Of a stretch of 45,129 nt of DNA, positions 28,701 through 37,839 are shown in pieces. Each line of letters opens with the position of its first letter. Within the stretch, counting starts at the first letter, position 1. The notes below the pieces were generated by a model. That model saw nothing but the letters and a program-made list of their open reading frames with translations. It did not search any database and had not been told where the DNA came from. Origin of the DNA: a virus. Its lineage: Duplodnaviria; Caudoviricetes. The DNA lies in the IMG/VR virus record IMGVR_UViG_3300025594_000015, positions 1 to 45,129 of that record. The stretch is one strand, 5' to 3'. Position numbers and translations under genes: made by a program.

Positions 28701-30424
28701 TTTTCTATTGTAATATTTAATTGAGGTGAAATATAAGTACCATCTTGGTTTTGGCTTGTATTACTAGGGAATGTAAATCCTGTTGTTGATATTGATCCTA
28801 TTTGGGCAAAAATACCTGCTGAAAAGCCTTCTGGTAATTGAAAGGTATTGGGGACTAAATCGTTAGTACTACTTGTAAAATTAACATCTATTGTTTCTTC
28901 CCCAACATTAGCATTATCATATGATACCGTATATTTTACAAAATACCCATAATTTGTACATAAACCAAATTGTGTAGTTCCTACAGCATCATTAGCATTA
29001 GGAACAGTTCCGGATGTTGGGAAAAAACTACTTGTATAAGTATAATCCCCATTTCTTAAAGAATTATTAAATACTACTGGTTGTAGATTTAGAGAAGTAC
29101 CTTGAGTTTGACTTATAGTATTAGTTAAATTACTAAACTCAGATAAAGTAAGAGTGACAGCTTCCGTATCAGGAAGTGTAGAATACCCTACACTTAAATT
29201 AACATTATTTACTGTTAATTTTATATAAGGATCAGCTCCAGGAACTGTTTCTAAATCAGTAATGTCCCATTCAACATTATTTAAAATATTTGAAAATTGT
29301 GCTACCTTTATTTTACCTGCATTTTTATTAAAATCTTCTACTGATCCCGATAAAGTTGTTAATGTTTGATAAAAAGTTGAACCATCACCTACATATACTT
29401 CTGTTACACTAGCAATAGTTGAGTCATTATATGCTATATTTTCATTAATTACAGGGGGTGATGTATTAGTTCTAAAATTATAATTTCCACTATCTGTTGT
29501 TGTAGCGTTTTCTTTATATACCCTAAATGCGGCACCTGCTGATGGTGGGTTTGCGGATATAGAAGTATACTGGGTAAAAACCCATGGACTAACACCCATT
29601 TCTTCATGAAATACTTGAAATGAACCACTTACTTGTTGGTTTACTTGAGTTACCCCATTTAAAACCCCATTTCCTAACTCATTTAATGTACCTTCTAAAA
29701 AAACATTATTTATGTTTACATTACTATTAACTGTTGATGTATATACATTGCCACCTAGAGGAATAAAGGGAGAAGCTGGTGATCCTGAACCTGTTTCTGT
29801 TAATATATAAGCCTTATAAGGTCTATGGATGTGTGGGTTATATCTATATGTATCTCCATCTCCACCATCAGTATTGTATCCTCTGTATACCCATAGCTCT
29901 TGATCGTTTCTAATTGGGATTTCAGTTGTTGATTCTACTATATTATTTGTAGTTAAAGTAATAACTATACCACTTGAAACAGCTGTAAATCCTTCAGCTA
30001 ATAGTTCTGATTGTGTAAATGTTATAGTTTCTCCTACTTGATATCCTGATCCTGTGTTATTAACTTTAACTTGGTTAATATTTGAACCTACAGATTTTAA
30101 AAAGAATATTGCCCCAGTACCATTTTCACTACCATTTTTTGTTATAGTAGCAGTATTAGTTGCAGATGTAGTTGGTTGGGTATAAGATAAATTTTGGTTT
30201 AGTATTAAATTAGTAAATTCTATTCCATTTTGTACTACATACGAAATATTAGTCCCTAATGATGAGATTTTAGAAGTATAATTATTATTAGCTACCGTTG
30301 TAGGATCCTTAATAGAATTAAGTTTAAGATTCATATCTAAATTATTAGAAGAACCTGATACTAATATCTGATTAGTGGTTTCTTTAAGATAATACCTTAT
30401 GTCTGGTGTTGGAGCTACTGCCAT
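25718..30424 (-). CDS. large virion structural protein (baseplate-associated)
   Basis: 1568 aa, N/S/T-rich, with a GSGYQVGETITF module; late motif upstream. Confidence 0.65.
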   Translation of the reverse strand: MAVAPTPDIRYYLKETTNQILVSGSSNNLDMNLKLNSIKDPTTVANNNYTSKISSLGTNISYVVQNGIEFTNLILNQNLSYTQPTTSATNTATITKNGSENGTGAIFFLKSVGSNINQVKVNNTGSGYQVGETITFTQSELLAEGFTAVSSGIVITLTTNNIVESTTEIPIRNDQELWVYRGYNTDGGDGDTYRYNPHIHRPYKAYILTETGSGSPASPFIPLGGNVYTSTVNSNVNINNVFLEGTLNELGNGVLNGVTQVNQQVSGSFQVFHEEMGVSPWVFTQYTSISANPPSAGAAFRVYKENATTTDSGNYNFRTNTSPPVINENIAYNDSTIASVTEVYVGDGSTFYQTLTTLSGSVEDFNKNAGKIKVAQFSNILNNVEWDITDLETVPGADPYIKLTVNNVNLSVGYSTLPDTEAVTLTLSEFSNLTNTISQTQGTSLNLQPVVFNNSLRNGDYTYTSSFFPTSGTVPNANDAVGTTQFGLCTNYGYFVKYTVSYDNANVGEETIDVNFTSSTNDLVPNTFQLPEGFSAGIFAQIGSISTTGFTFPSNTSQNQDGTYISPQLNITIENPNANNQNIIPPDLFATRWSDVYISFSQSLSSSIDGLYVFNQLPQNDVQVTASMFLAAWTGSDDEGAKYASAIYATDVYGEGEDGDGPTWPTASIRLYTGSYPLSIPTTANNFVTESQFKNDSIHLGGYAITMSYLIPSQSINIKDCLSLALQVSSGSANSASVENSLVVRHYELEFNTPAGLIEGDGLVPTVIENAFSGSNGFDNEVDCQPLLNNVVGERENGQIQIVNYSVDPYTPSNFQLILSGSALKSTVPSSNYTQLTSIYPRYVGSRSTSDDFNLSSSESPIQYTYGNVPVVDYLNTNFAYAEQITDPYPVINDKVQFNVKYLINGTGDANNPNLSPYTAFDIKSTWKETTNSNDPDLIETGKVAMNQVEGSTAYNFLNGDQEIEKVAQQLVPILYSQTSSNGYQSFIPLKGQSIPEYTQPYTEYGMNYNGALFVPANGVNPANKNINISNLLGSVSATTLQAGVNYLNNFGPDITPDSCDDPIITNAACATDPNASLGNVFFITDPKEPVGSTNGLSAPYSIEFSGKFPTTPPQEVRTSTGGWNDGSNYNGGEVGTFEISLQAYKRNAFGQFAWRNIKLSLIEQVKLVLHYAGGSILSIPLASAYGAQNVGLVDNGFKLRVNMRAHDTRNYANESGQNAYGATYATLDIGIKNAPSEIIKSNRPYRIKVSQTYLSENVDPPRNYWNPINRPQINGGQLITPAVEGPFVNLIINSNTEDEGQAESAGSMVTPFWVFPDSSTTELFIREDGTNYELDQQIYLSNANNYQPDPGSDPPTYSPQPFGNDYYNSGRSQQSLNYLPGPSSRFPGGFEPEDTVIPNFNIPWTVEVGDQIRFINDESQVFNVLGVKTPEERENNDRQLLLLLDRSVDPSINKDFFLLRRWRFEPSSIIINQTFPYAELPIKREFIPSQNQDLVYGTDTGQPPTPQNATGSFTTQEQSGSIITTYSPLLKKNNTPSGFLFPNFPIKEIELTPDEALIQLRDNKLID

Positions 30425-30437
30425 TTATGTTATTTTG

Positions 30438-30447
30438 TTATAAATAT
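30438..30447 (-). promoter_or_regulatory. late promoter motif ATATTTATAA
   Basis: Exact motif 13 nt upstream of the 30424 start. Confidence 0.65.
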
Positions 30448-30480
30448 TTTAAAACTATTTTTTTATACTATTATTATTTT

Positions 30481-33400
30481 TTATGGATCTATAGGATCAT
30501 CTCCTTGTGTCGGTCCTCCAAAATAACCTAATTGATAATAAGCACAATAAGATTCATTTAGAGGATAATTGGTTTGATCAAAATTCTTTATAACAACTCT
30601 CCAATCTCTTTGAGTTTCCTCTAAATTATCTGGGGGAGTTGGACCAGGGGATGCATCACATCTAATATTAATAGTTCTATCTCCTGTATATACATTCCCG
30701 TTATTTGCTACAGTTGGATTAGGAGTAACTCCTCCACCAACTATAGTAAGGAAACTTGGTGTGCCTGGGTGTACTAACCAAGCACCACTTTCATCAGTCA
30801 TAAAATACATTACATATTGAGTGTTAGGATTACCTCCTACACTTACTTGTGTGGTGGATGTTCTTTCAGCTGGAGTTCCAGAACTAGGAACAGTTCCAGA
30901 CCCACAACTACTTATACTAACAATATCAGTAGTTCCTTGAATTTGTTGTAAATTAGGAGTTATTGTTATAGTTGAAGGTGATGAATATAAATTAAAAGCG
31001 GGTCCAATAGGGACTGATGATGCTGTTATATCGCCTTGATATAAAGCTAATTTTATTATTGATGGTGCCCCTCCTGTTAAAGTAGATGAAGCACTTAAAG
31101 CATGATATGTGTCATTTTTAGCATTCATAAACCATGGTACTTCACTTGGGGTGTTAGTAGCATCTCCATCAAACTCTCTTGAACCTGTGTTAAAATTTCC
31201 AAAGGTATCAGTATTAAAACTATCACCCGTTGATACTCTAACAAGACCACCATCATTTGTTGTTTGGAAATAATTAGCTTCATGCCATCCTTTAAAAAAC
31301 GATTCTGTAGGGTATGTAGGTATTGGTGGAAAATACCCTTGTGCTAGTGATTCTGTAAACCCTGTTGAAGGGATTACATTTGGATCTTCTCCTGAAGAGG
31401 TAGCATAATAACTAAATACCCCACTTGCACTAAAGGTTAAATTATAAAATGAATCATCAAATGAGTTAACTGCATTAGATGAAGGTTCTTGATTAATTAT
31501 TAATAAAGTTGCATCTTCGGTACCAGGAAATCCATCACTTTGATTTGAAGTATTTGATATAAAATAAGATTGATACCCTTCAATTAAATTATTTAGATAA
31601 TCAGAGGCTCCTGTTAAATTAAATATTACATAATCACTATCCGTAATAAAGGGTTGTATTGCTACACCATTAACATCAACATTAGACATTTTGATATATT
31701 TAACCTTATTAGTTACACCATAAGCAACATCTTTAACTTCTAAAGTTATAATTAAATCTTGTGTTGCGGTTGTATACCCTAAACTTTGTAATTCAGCTAT
31801 AGATATTGTTATAGTATCCCCTACTTGATAACCAGAATTACTAGGAGAATTAATTACCTTAACACTTAACCATGATTGGGCAGCAGGTTGTGTTGTTGTG
31901 CTTATTCTTACTTCAGCACCTGTTCCACTACCATCTGTTGTTATATTTGTAGTTGTTACATTAGTGTTAGATGGGTAAGGAGTGGTTTGAAAGTTTTGGG
32001 TTATATTAAGGGGGTAATTTTGTGTTAATATACCATTTTGGTTAACTGTGTCTGCCCAAAACCATACATTTCCTTCTGTTGGGATAAAGTTAGGGAGTAC
32101 AAAATCTGATTCATTTTTAGATATATTATTAAACCATTGGATTCTAAAGAAATAATCTATAATAGCATCATGTCCAAAAAATGTTTTACAAATTTCATTA
32201 GCTCCTACTTGAATAGCATTACCAAATTCTCCATTATAAAACTCTCTTTGGTCAATTCTAGGATAATTAACAGGAGGGGATTGATTTGATCCTGTTTGTT
32301 CTTGATGATATGGAGGTGTAATTCCTAAAGAAGGAACTATTGACTCACTCCATTGTTGTACAAACTCTGGGTATTGAGCATAAAATTCAGAGGCAGAAAC
32401 TTCAGCTTCTGTTAAACCACTATAAGGTTCTCCATTAAGTTCAAAACAAATTTCTACTTCTTGATCCTCTACAGGTACAAACCCTGAATTGGTAATTACG
32501 GTTAATTTGAAAAATACACTACTACTATAATTTGTACCATAAGTTGTTTCTCCATAATCACTTTCAAAACCACCATAACCACCACCAAATTGAATTTCAT
32601 CAATTTTATATTTCATTCTATCCTGTCCTGATAAAGCACTATAATATAGAAAATTATCTTGATTAAGAGATGAAGTTGCTAATACTTGAAGAAAATCAAA
32701 ATTATTTATACCTGATTCTCCTCTTAAATTAAGGCTCATGGTAGTAGGGTTATTATCTATATTTGTTGAAAAAATAGATTCACCAAAAGTATCATTTACC
32801 TCTAATAAGTCATTAGATGTATTATAAAAATACCCTAATAAACAAGTATTTTGAGCAGATTTGCTAACGGGGGCAGCAAAATTATTATTAAAGGGTTCAA
32901 ATGAACCCCCAGTACCACCACTAAACCTATATATAGCAGAACCACTAACATTACCATATGCTGGAAATGAACTACTGGAGTTAGGTACTTGATAGTCTCT
33001 AGGGAATGATTTAACACTACCTGAATATTCAGGGGTGGTAAATGACATTGATGGAGGTGCTTGTCTGTTTCTTTCTAATAAATTTTGTTTTATTACAACA
33101 CCAGAAGATAAACTCGTTCTAGCAGGTGTAAAATCTTCTATCATTTTAAATAATGAATTATCGAAGAATGAAATTAACCTAATAAAATCATTTACATCAT
33201 AACTATTTATATATTTTGTAAAATATGCATCTCTTAAAGCATCTAATTGTGGGTAGGAATACCCAGATTCAGATATTTGTCTAGGATCACCTATATATTC
33301 TCCTAAATTAAAAGCACCTATTTGTGCTATAATATCATCGTTAACTTGATCTGTAGGTGAGAATGCTACTTCTAAATAGTTAATACTAGGATTACTACCA

Positions 33401-36180
33401 CTTGGGTAAATATCTTGTTGTATTGATCTATAAGGTGATAAAGTAGAACCAGAAGGTAATACTTCTTGAACTATTTTAATTTGATCGCTTATCCTATTTT
33501 TAATACCTCCTGGTACTTGATTTAAGAAAATACTTTCTCTATTTTGTATAAATGAACCAGTTACATAAAATTCACTATCCCCACTTGAAAAGGACTGTGT
33601 TGTTGCCCAAGATCCTGTAACTTTAGGATGTATTGAAGTTCTACTTGATGTTATTAATTGTGTACCTAAATCTGCTCTAAAGGCTAAATCTTGAGGTGTT
33701 ATATTAATTGTATTACCTTGGGTTGAATAAGGATTAACTACATAATCGTAAAACAAACTTTCACTTAATGCTGTATCCCAATATCTTATTTCTTGGTATG
33801 CTCCAGAAAAAGGTGTAGCTAATACCCCATTTACAGATACACCATTTATATTTGGAAATCTTGAAGTTTGAACTAAATCCCAATATTGCCAGTTATGTAG
33901 TATGCTATCTGAGCCAGAGTGTCCTATTTTATCACCAATCCTATTAGCAGCGTATATATAAGCTTTATCATTTCCTGAATAATCAACTGTAGCCATTACT
34001 GACCACCATCCTCCATCAAAGAAAGGTAAATCTATACTTGCTGTTTTGTCTAATCCATTACCCCCATCTGGATAAAATGTTAAAGTACCATAGGCATTAG
34101 ATTCAGAAGGGGATGATCCACTATAACTTGAAGTAGTCATTCCTGATCCTGTATAATCTAAAGTAATAAAGGATGTACTATTATCTCCAACCCATAAATT
34201 TTGATGTATTGGTGTTGCTGTTTCAGGTACACCTGGTGTTTTAAATCTAAATTGTAAGGATTTTGGTCTTGTTTCTTGAACAGTATTAGCAAAATCATCA
34301 CTTAATTGAAATGAGGAGGTAATTTGATTGTTTATACCATCAGAATGAAATGCGTAATTAAATACATCTTCACTATAATCCCAATCTTGAAAGTCGTTTC
34401 TATCTTTACCACCAAATTCGTTTATTCTTAAAATAGTACTTGGGATTCCATAAGCAGTAATTAATGCTCTTATACCAGCTATTGTACCTTTTTTCTTAAG
34501 TAATAAGGGTATGTTATGGTAAATTCGTTTATATAATTGCTTATTAACATCATCTAATGGGACTATATCGTTTGAGGCAGATATTTGAGTATCTACGTAC
34601 TGAAACCCCGTAGGTGTGTTAACTAGAGTATCGATTGACCCCGTCATATCTGGGAAAGGGAATGTACTACCTGAGGGAGTTAATCCTAAAAAGGCGGTAT
34701 ATAAATCGTTAGAGTTAAAATTATTTGAATATAATTTTATACCAAAATCTCTAATAGCATCCGCTACTAAATCCTTAGAAATACCATAATCTAAACGGTT
34801 ATCCGCGTCAAATCTAGTGGTTAAATTCTTAGTATATAACCATGTGTTATCATACTGTTGAGCAACCATATCAACGAATAATTCATACTTTTCATTTTCT
34901 GGGTCTTCTCTAAGATATTCAGGTATTGAATTATATAAATAATCTTGATTATTTTCATCATAATTAGAAGCAGATAGGGCTTGTCCTCCATAATAAGGAC
35001 TTCCTTCATCTGTACTCCCTACCCAAGTTAATGCTTCGGTACTTCCAGTTGGAAATAAAATATAAGGAGGTTCTGTGTTTTGTTTTGGGTATGATTTTTC
35101 TGAACCACTATTAAAATACATAAAATATTCCCAACCATCTAAGTTAGAAATTATTTTTTCAATACTATTACTAATTTCAGCTTTACTAGAACTGTAAGTA
35201 CCACTATTTAAAAGTAAATTATCTATAGCATTACTTGAAGATTGGATTAATCCTACTTTATAATAAAAATTATCTAACCTAGTATAGGCGGATGAAAAGT
35301 GAACAAAATTACTATATTCATTGTAATTAACACTTATGTTAATATCTTTTCTATTTAATAAATTTTTTACTTGGTTTTGAGAACTAGTTATATCTGTACC
35401 AATTAAGGTATCATAACTAAATAATTGGCTTGATTCACCTGTTTCTTGTGTTACATTAATACTATAGTTTGGTCCTTTTATGAATTGGATATCATTTGGT
35501 TCAAAAATAAAAGGTGGAAAAGTAACACTATATGCTTCAGGATATGAAATTTCTTCAACTACCCATAATGTTGATTTTAAATCAAATTGGGAAGGTAAAG
35601 GCTCATATAATTTAACTAATAATGAAGGTTCTACAGCAGTTGTTGTATCTAATCTTAAATTATTTGATATTACTTGTTGATCATTACCAAAATTAAGTAA
35701 GAAATCTACAAAATAATCTTGAGTTTCACGAAACCCAATAAATGCTTCACTTGAACTAATAATTAATTCACTGGATATAGTATTACTATTTAACCTTAAT
35801 TCTGTTCTGTCTGAACTAATTTCACTAATATAATAGTTATTTTCAATATCTGAAGCTATAAGCTTTCTATAGAAATTATAAGTAGCATAAAAAGTACCCT
35901 CATCATACCCTAGTTCTGAAAGATTTTCATCTGGGTATAATAAAGTATCTCCATTTATTACACTATAATTTGTTACGGGAACTGCTTTTACTGATCCAAC
36001 TGTGGGAAAAATAAGATTTTTACTTTCATCATAAGCATAATACTCTATATAATCTGTGGATGAAGTAAAAGCAGTATCTAATCTTGAAGAAGATATTAAA
36101 TTGCTATCTTTTTCACTATATTGTTGAAACTCAAATGTTGTTGGGTCAACCTGTACTATATTTATTTTATTTTCTTCCAT
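30481..36180 (-). CDS. large baseplate wedge protein (T4 gp7/P2 gpI-like segment) with a LamG-like region
   Basis: IPEYLRED...YKRIYHNIPLLLKKKGTIAGIRALITAYG; FSGAYQEIRYWDTALS (LamG-like); position after gp6/gp25. Confidence 0.65.
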   Translation of the reverse strand: MEENKINIVQVDPTTFEFQQYSEKDSNLISSSRLDTAFTSSTDYIEYYAYDESKNLIFPTVGSVKAVPVTNYSVINGDTLLYPDENLSELGYDEGTFYATYNFYRKLIASDIENNYYISEISSDRTELRLNSNTISSELIISSSEAFIGFRETQDYFVDFLLNFGNDQQVISNNLRLDTTTAVEPSLLVKLYEPLPSQFDLKSTLWVVEEISYPEAYSVTFPPFIFEPNDIQFIKGPNYSINVTQETGESSQLFSYDTLIGTDITSSQNQVKNLLNRKDINISVNYNEYSNFVHFSSAYTRLDNFYYKVGLIQSSSNAIDNLLLNSGTYSSSKAEISNSIEKIISNLDGWEYFMYFNSGSEKSYPKQNTEPPYILFPTGSTEALTWVGSTDEGSPYYGGQALSASNYDENNQDYLYNSIPEYLREDPENEKYELFVDMVAQQYDNTWLYTKNLTTRFDADNRLDYGISKDLVADAIRDFGIKLYSNNFNSNDLYTAFLGLTPSGSTFPFPDMTGSIDTLVNTPTGFQYVDTQISASNDIVPLDDVNKQLYKRIYHNIPLLLKKKGTIAGIRALITAYGIPSTILRINEFGGKDRNDFQDWDYSEDVFNYAFHSDGINNQITSSFQLSDDFANTVQETRPKSLQFRFKTPGVPETATPIHQNLWVGDNSTSFITLDYTGSGMTTSSYSGSSPSESNAYGTLTFYPDGGNGLDKTASIDLPFFDGGWWSVMATVDYSGNDKAYIYAANRIGDKIGHSGSDSILHNWQYWDLVQTSRFPNINGVSVNGVLATPFSGAYQEIRYWDTALSESLFYDYVVNPYSTQGNTINITPQDLAFRADLGTQLITSSRTSIHPKVTGSWATTQSFSSGDSEFYVTGSFIQNRESIFLNQVPGGIKNRISDQIKIVQEVLPSGSTLSPYRSIQQDIYPSGSNPSINYLEVAFSPTDQVNDDIIAQIGAFNLGEYIGDPRQISESGYSYPQLDALRDAYFTKYINSYDVNDFIRLISFFDNSLFKMIEDFTPARTSLSSGVVIKQNLLERNRQAPPSMSFTTPEYSGSVKSFPRDYQVPNSSSSFPAYGNVSGSAIYRFSGGTGGSFEPFNNNFAAPVSKSAQNTCLLGYFYNTSNDLLEVNDTFGESIFSTNIDNNPTTMSLNLRGESGINNFDFLQVLATSSLNQDNFLYYSALSGQDRMKYKIDEIQFGGGYGGFESDYGETTYGTNYSSSVFFKLTVITNSGFVPVEDQEVEICFELNGEPYSGLTEAEVSASEFYAQYPEFVQQWSESIVPSLGITPPYHQEQTGSNQSPPVNYPRIDQREFYNGEFGNAIQVGANEICKTFFGHDAIIDYFFRIQWFNNISKNESDFVLPNFIPTEGNVWFWADTVNQNGILTQNYPLNITQNFQTTPYPSNTNVTTTNITTDGSGTGAEVRISTTTQPAAQSWLSVKVINSPSNSGYQVGDTITISIAELQSLGYTTATQDLIITLEVKDVAYGVTNKVKYIKMSNVDVNGVAIQPFITDSDYVIFNLTGASDYLNNLIEGYQSYFISNTSNQSDGFPGTEDATLLIINQEPSSNAVNSFDDSFYNLTFSASGVFSYYATSSGEDPNVIPSTGFTESLAQGYFPPIPTYPTESFFKGWHEANYFQTTNDGGLVRVSTGDSFNTDTFGNFNTGSREFDGDATNTPSEVPWFMNAKNDTYHALSASSTLTGGAPSIIKLALYQGDITASSVPIGPAFNLYSSPSTITITPNLQQIQGTTDIVSISSCGSGTVPSSGTPAERTSTTQVSVGGNPNTQYVMYFMTDESGAWLVHPGTPSFLTIVGGGVTPNPTVANNGNVYTGDRTINIRCDASPGPTPPDNLEETQRDWRVVIKNFDQTNYPLNESYCAYYQLGYFGGPTQGDDPIDP

Positions 36181-36207
36181 ATTTAGAAAGTAGTAGTATT
36201 TGTAGTA

Positions 36208-36660
36208 TTATGGGTTTGTTGTTGTTGGGATTGAACTTATAATATCATTATATTCTTTATTCCCTGATAGATCCTCATCTTGTATATTATCAACATCTAA
36301 ATTAATTTTTTCTCCTGAAAGTGCTTCGGCAGTTGCAATTTGTGCTTGTAATAAATCCCTTCTTAGTTGTGATATTTCCGCTCTCAATGCTACTATTATT
36401 TCATTATCTTGATCAAAGTTTATATAGTCACCACTAGTTTTAACTAGATATTCATGTGAATTACTAGATCCATAAGAGGGGATATCGTAAAATAAATCAT
36501 TGTAAGATTCAAAAAAATCATTTACTGTAACCGTTTCATCTATTTGTTGATTTACAGAAATGTTACCCAATTGTTGAAATCGAGTATCTATAATTTTAGT
36601 ATAATCTGTTTTAGAATATACTTTTTTAATTAAATCTATTTTTTCTTTATTTCTATCCAT
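36208..36660 (-). CDS. hypothetical protein (baseplate module)
   Basis: 150-aa ORF with a C-terminal coiled coil; tightly packed in the operon. Confidence 0.65.
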   Translation of the reverse strand: MDRNKEKIDLIKKVYSKTDYTKIIDTRFQQLGNISVNQQIDETVTVNDFFESYNDLFYDIPSYGSSNSHEYLVKTSGDYINFDQDNEIIVALRAEISQLRRDLLQAQIATAEALSGEKINLDVDNIQDEDLSGNKEYNDIISSIPTTTNP

Positions 36661-36667
36661 TCTATTT

Positions 36668-37837
36668 TTACCCGTTAACTACTTTAAAGTAATAATTTTC
36701 ATCCATCACTATAGTTTGACCTGCTATCTCAGTTTGTATCAATATACAATAATATCTTTCAGGTTCCAAACCATTCATATAAACAGTAAAGAAACTTCCG
36801 GTTGAATCACAACTAATATTTGTAAATTCTTTATCAAAATCAACAACAAATTCATTAGTATCTAAATCCTTAATTGCATATAAAGATTGTGAAGGTAAAG
36901 CATAATTTGTGGTATAAACAGAAGCGGTTTGAAAACTACGAATGGGAAATTCAGGGCGTACACTTAATCTAAAATTATTTATACTTTCACTATAAAATAT
37001 ACCCTGGTTATTATCTAATGCTACAAATAAATCAGGAGTATTAATAACCTCTAATGATCCTGTCTCATATACAGAATCATCCCATTTTATTTCTAATTGA
37101 GGGGGATAAATTGTATTTGTATCTACTGAATAGTAACTTAATTGAGGTGATACTGCACTTGAAGTAATAAATTCTTTATCAGTTTCCCATTTTACTATAA
37201 ATCCTTCGTTTGCTATTTCTATTTTACCTGCATTTAAACCCCTAGATGATGAATACCATACTCTTAATGCATCTGTTACATTAACATTTAAGTCTTTGTC
37301 ACTTCTTAAATTAAAGGATTGTGTAAACTCTAAAGGACCAATTCCTTCATAACCCCCAGATCCTGTATACCATACTCCACCTCCTGCATTATTACTTCCA
37401 GAAAATGAGGCTGTAATAAGTGGATTCCAACCTCCAGTTGACCATTTATTTGAACCTGAGTAGTCAGAATATACCCAACTTACACCAGTATGATTAACAG
37501 GTTTATCTAAATATTGTCCTGATCCATTATTCCATGATCCTGATATGGGGTAAACTTCTATGTTTGATTTTAAAATAACATTTGTAGCTTTTGCTACATT
37601 TAATTTTAGGCTTCCTGAAAAGTTATCCCATGATCCTGTTACTTTTGCTATATTATCAATTACATCGTCTATTTGTGATTGATCGAATTTAATTAAAGAT
37701 CTTGCTACTTGAGCTACAGGATTTACATCTGTTACTTTGTTATTTACATCTAATATAGCATCAAGTCCTGCATTCATTGCCGGGTAAGCACTATATATTG
37801 AAGCGTCTTGTGAGGGAAATAATTTATATACTGCCAT
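36668..37837 (-). CDS. DNRLRE-like domain virion protein
   Basis: PSQDASIYS...RSLIKFD...W..G...NVTD...NEGFIVK...PQLEIKW pattern. Confidence 0.55.
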   Translation of the reverse strand: MAVYKLFPSQDASIYSAYPAMNAGLDAILDVNNKVTDVNPVAQVARSLIKFDQSQIDDVIDNIAKVTGSWDNFSGSLKLNVAKATNVILKSNIEVYPISGSWNNGSGQYLDKPVNHTGVSWVYSDYSGSNKWSTGGWNPLITASFSGSNNAGGGVWYTGSGGYEGIGPLEFTQSFNLRSDKDLNVNVTDALRVWYSSSRGLNAGKIEIANEGFIVKWETDKEFITSSAVSPQLSYYSVDTNTIYPPQLEIKWDDSVYETGSLEVINTPDLFVALDNNQGIFYSESINNFRLSVRPEFPIRSFQTASVYTTNYALPSQSLYAIKDLDTNEFVVDFDKEFTNISCDSTGSFFTVYMNGLEPERYYCILIQTEIAGQTIVMDENYYFKVVNG

Positions 37838-37839
37838 AA

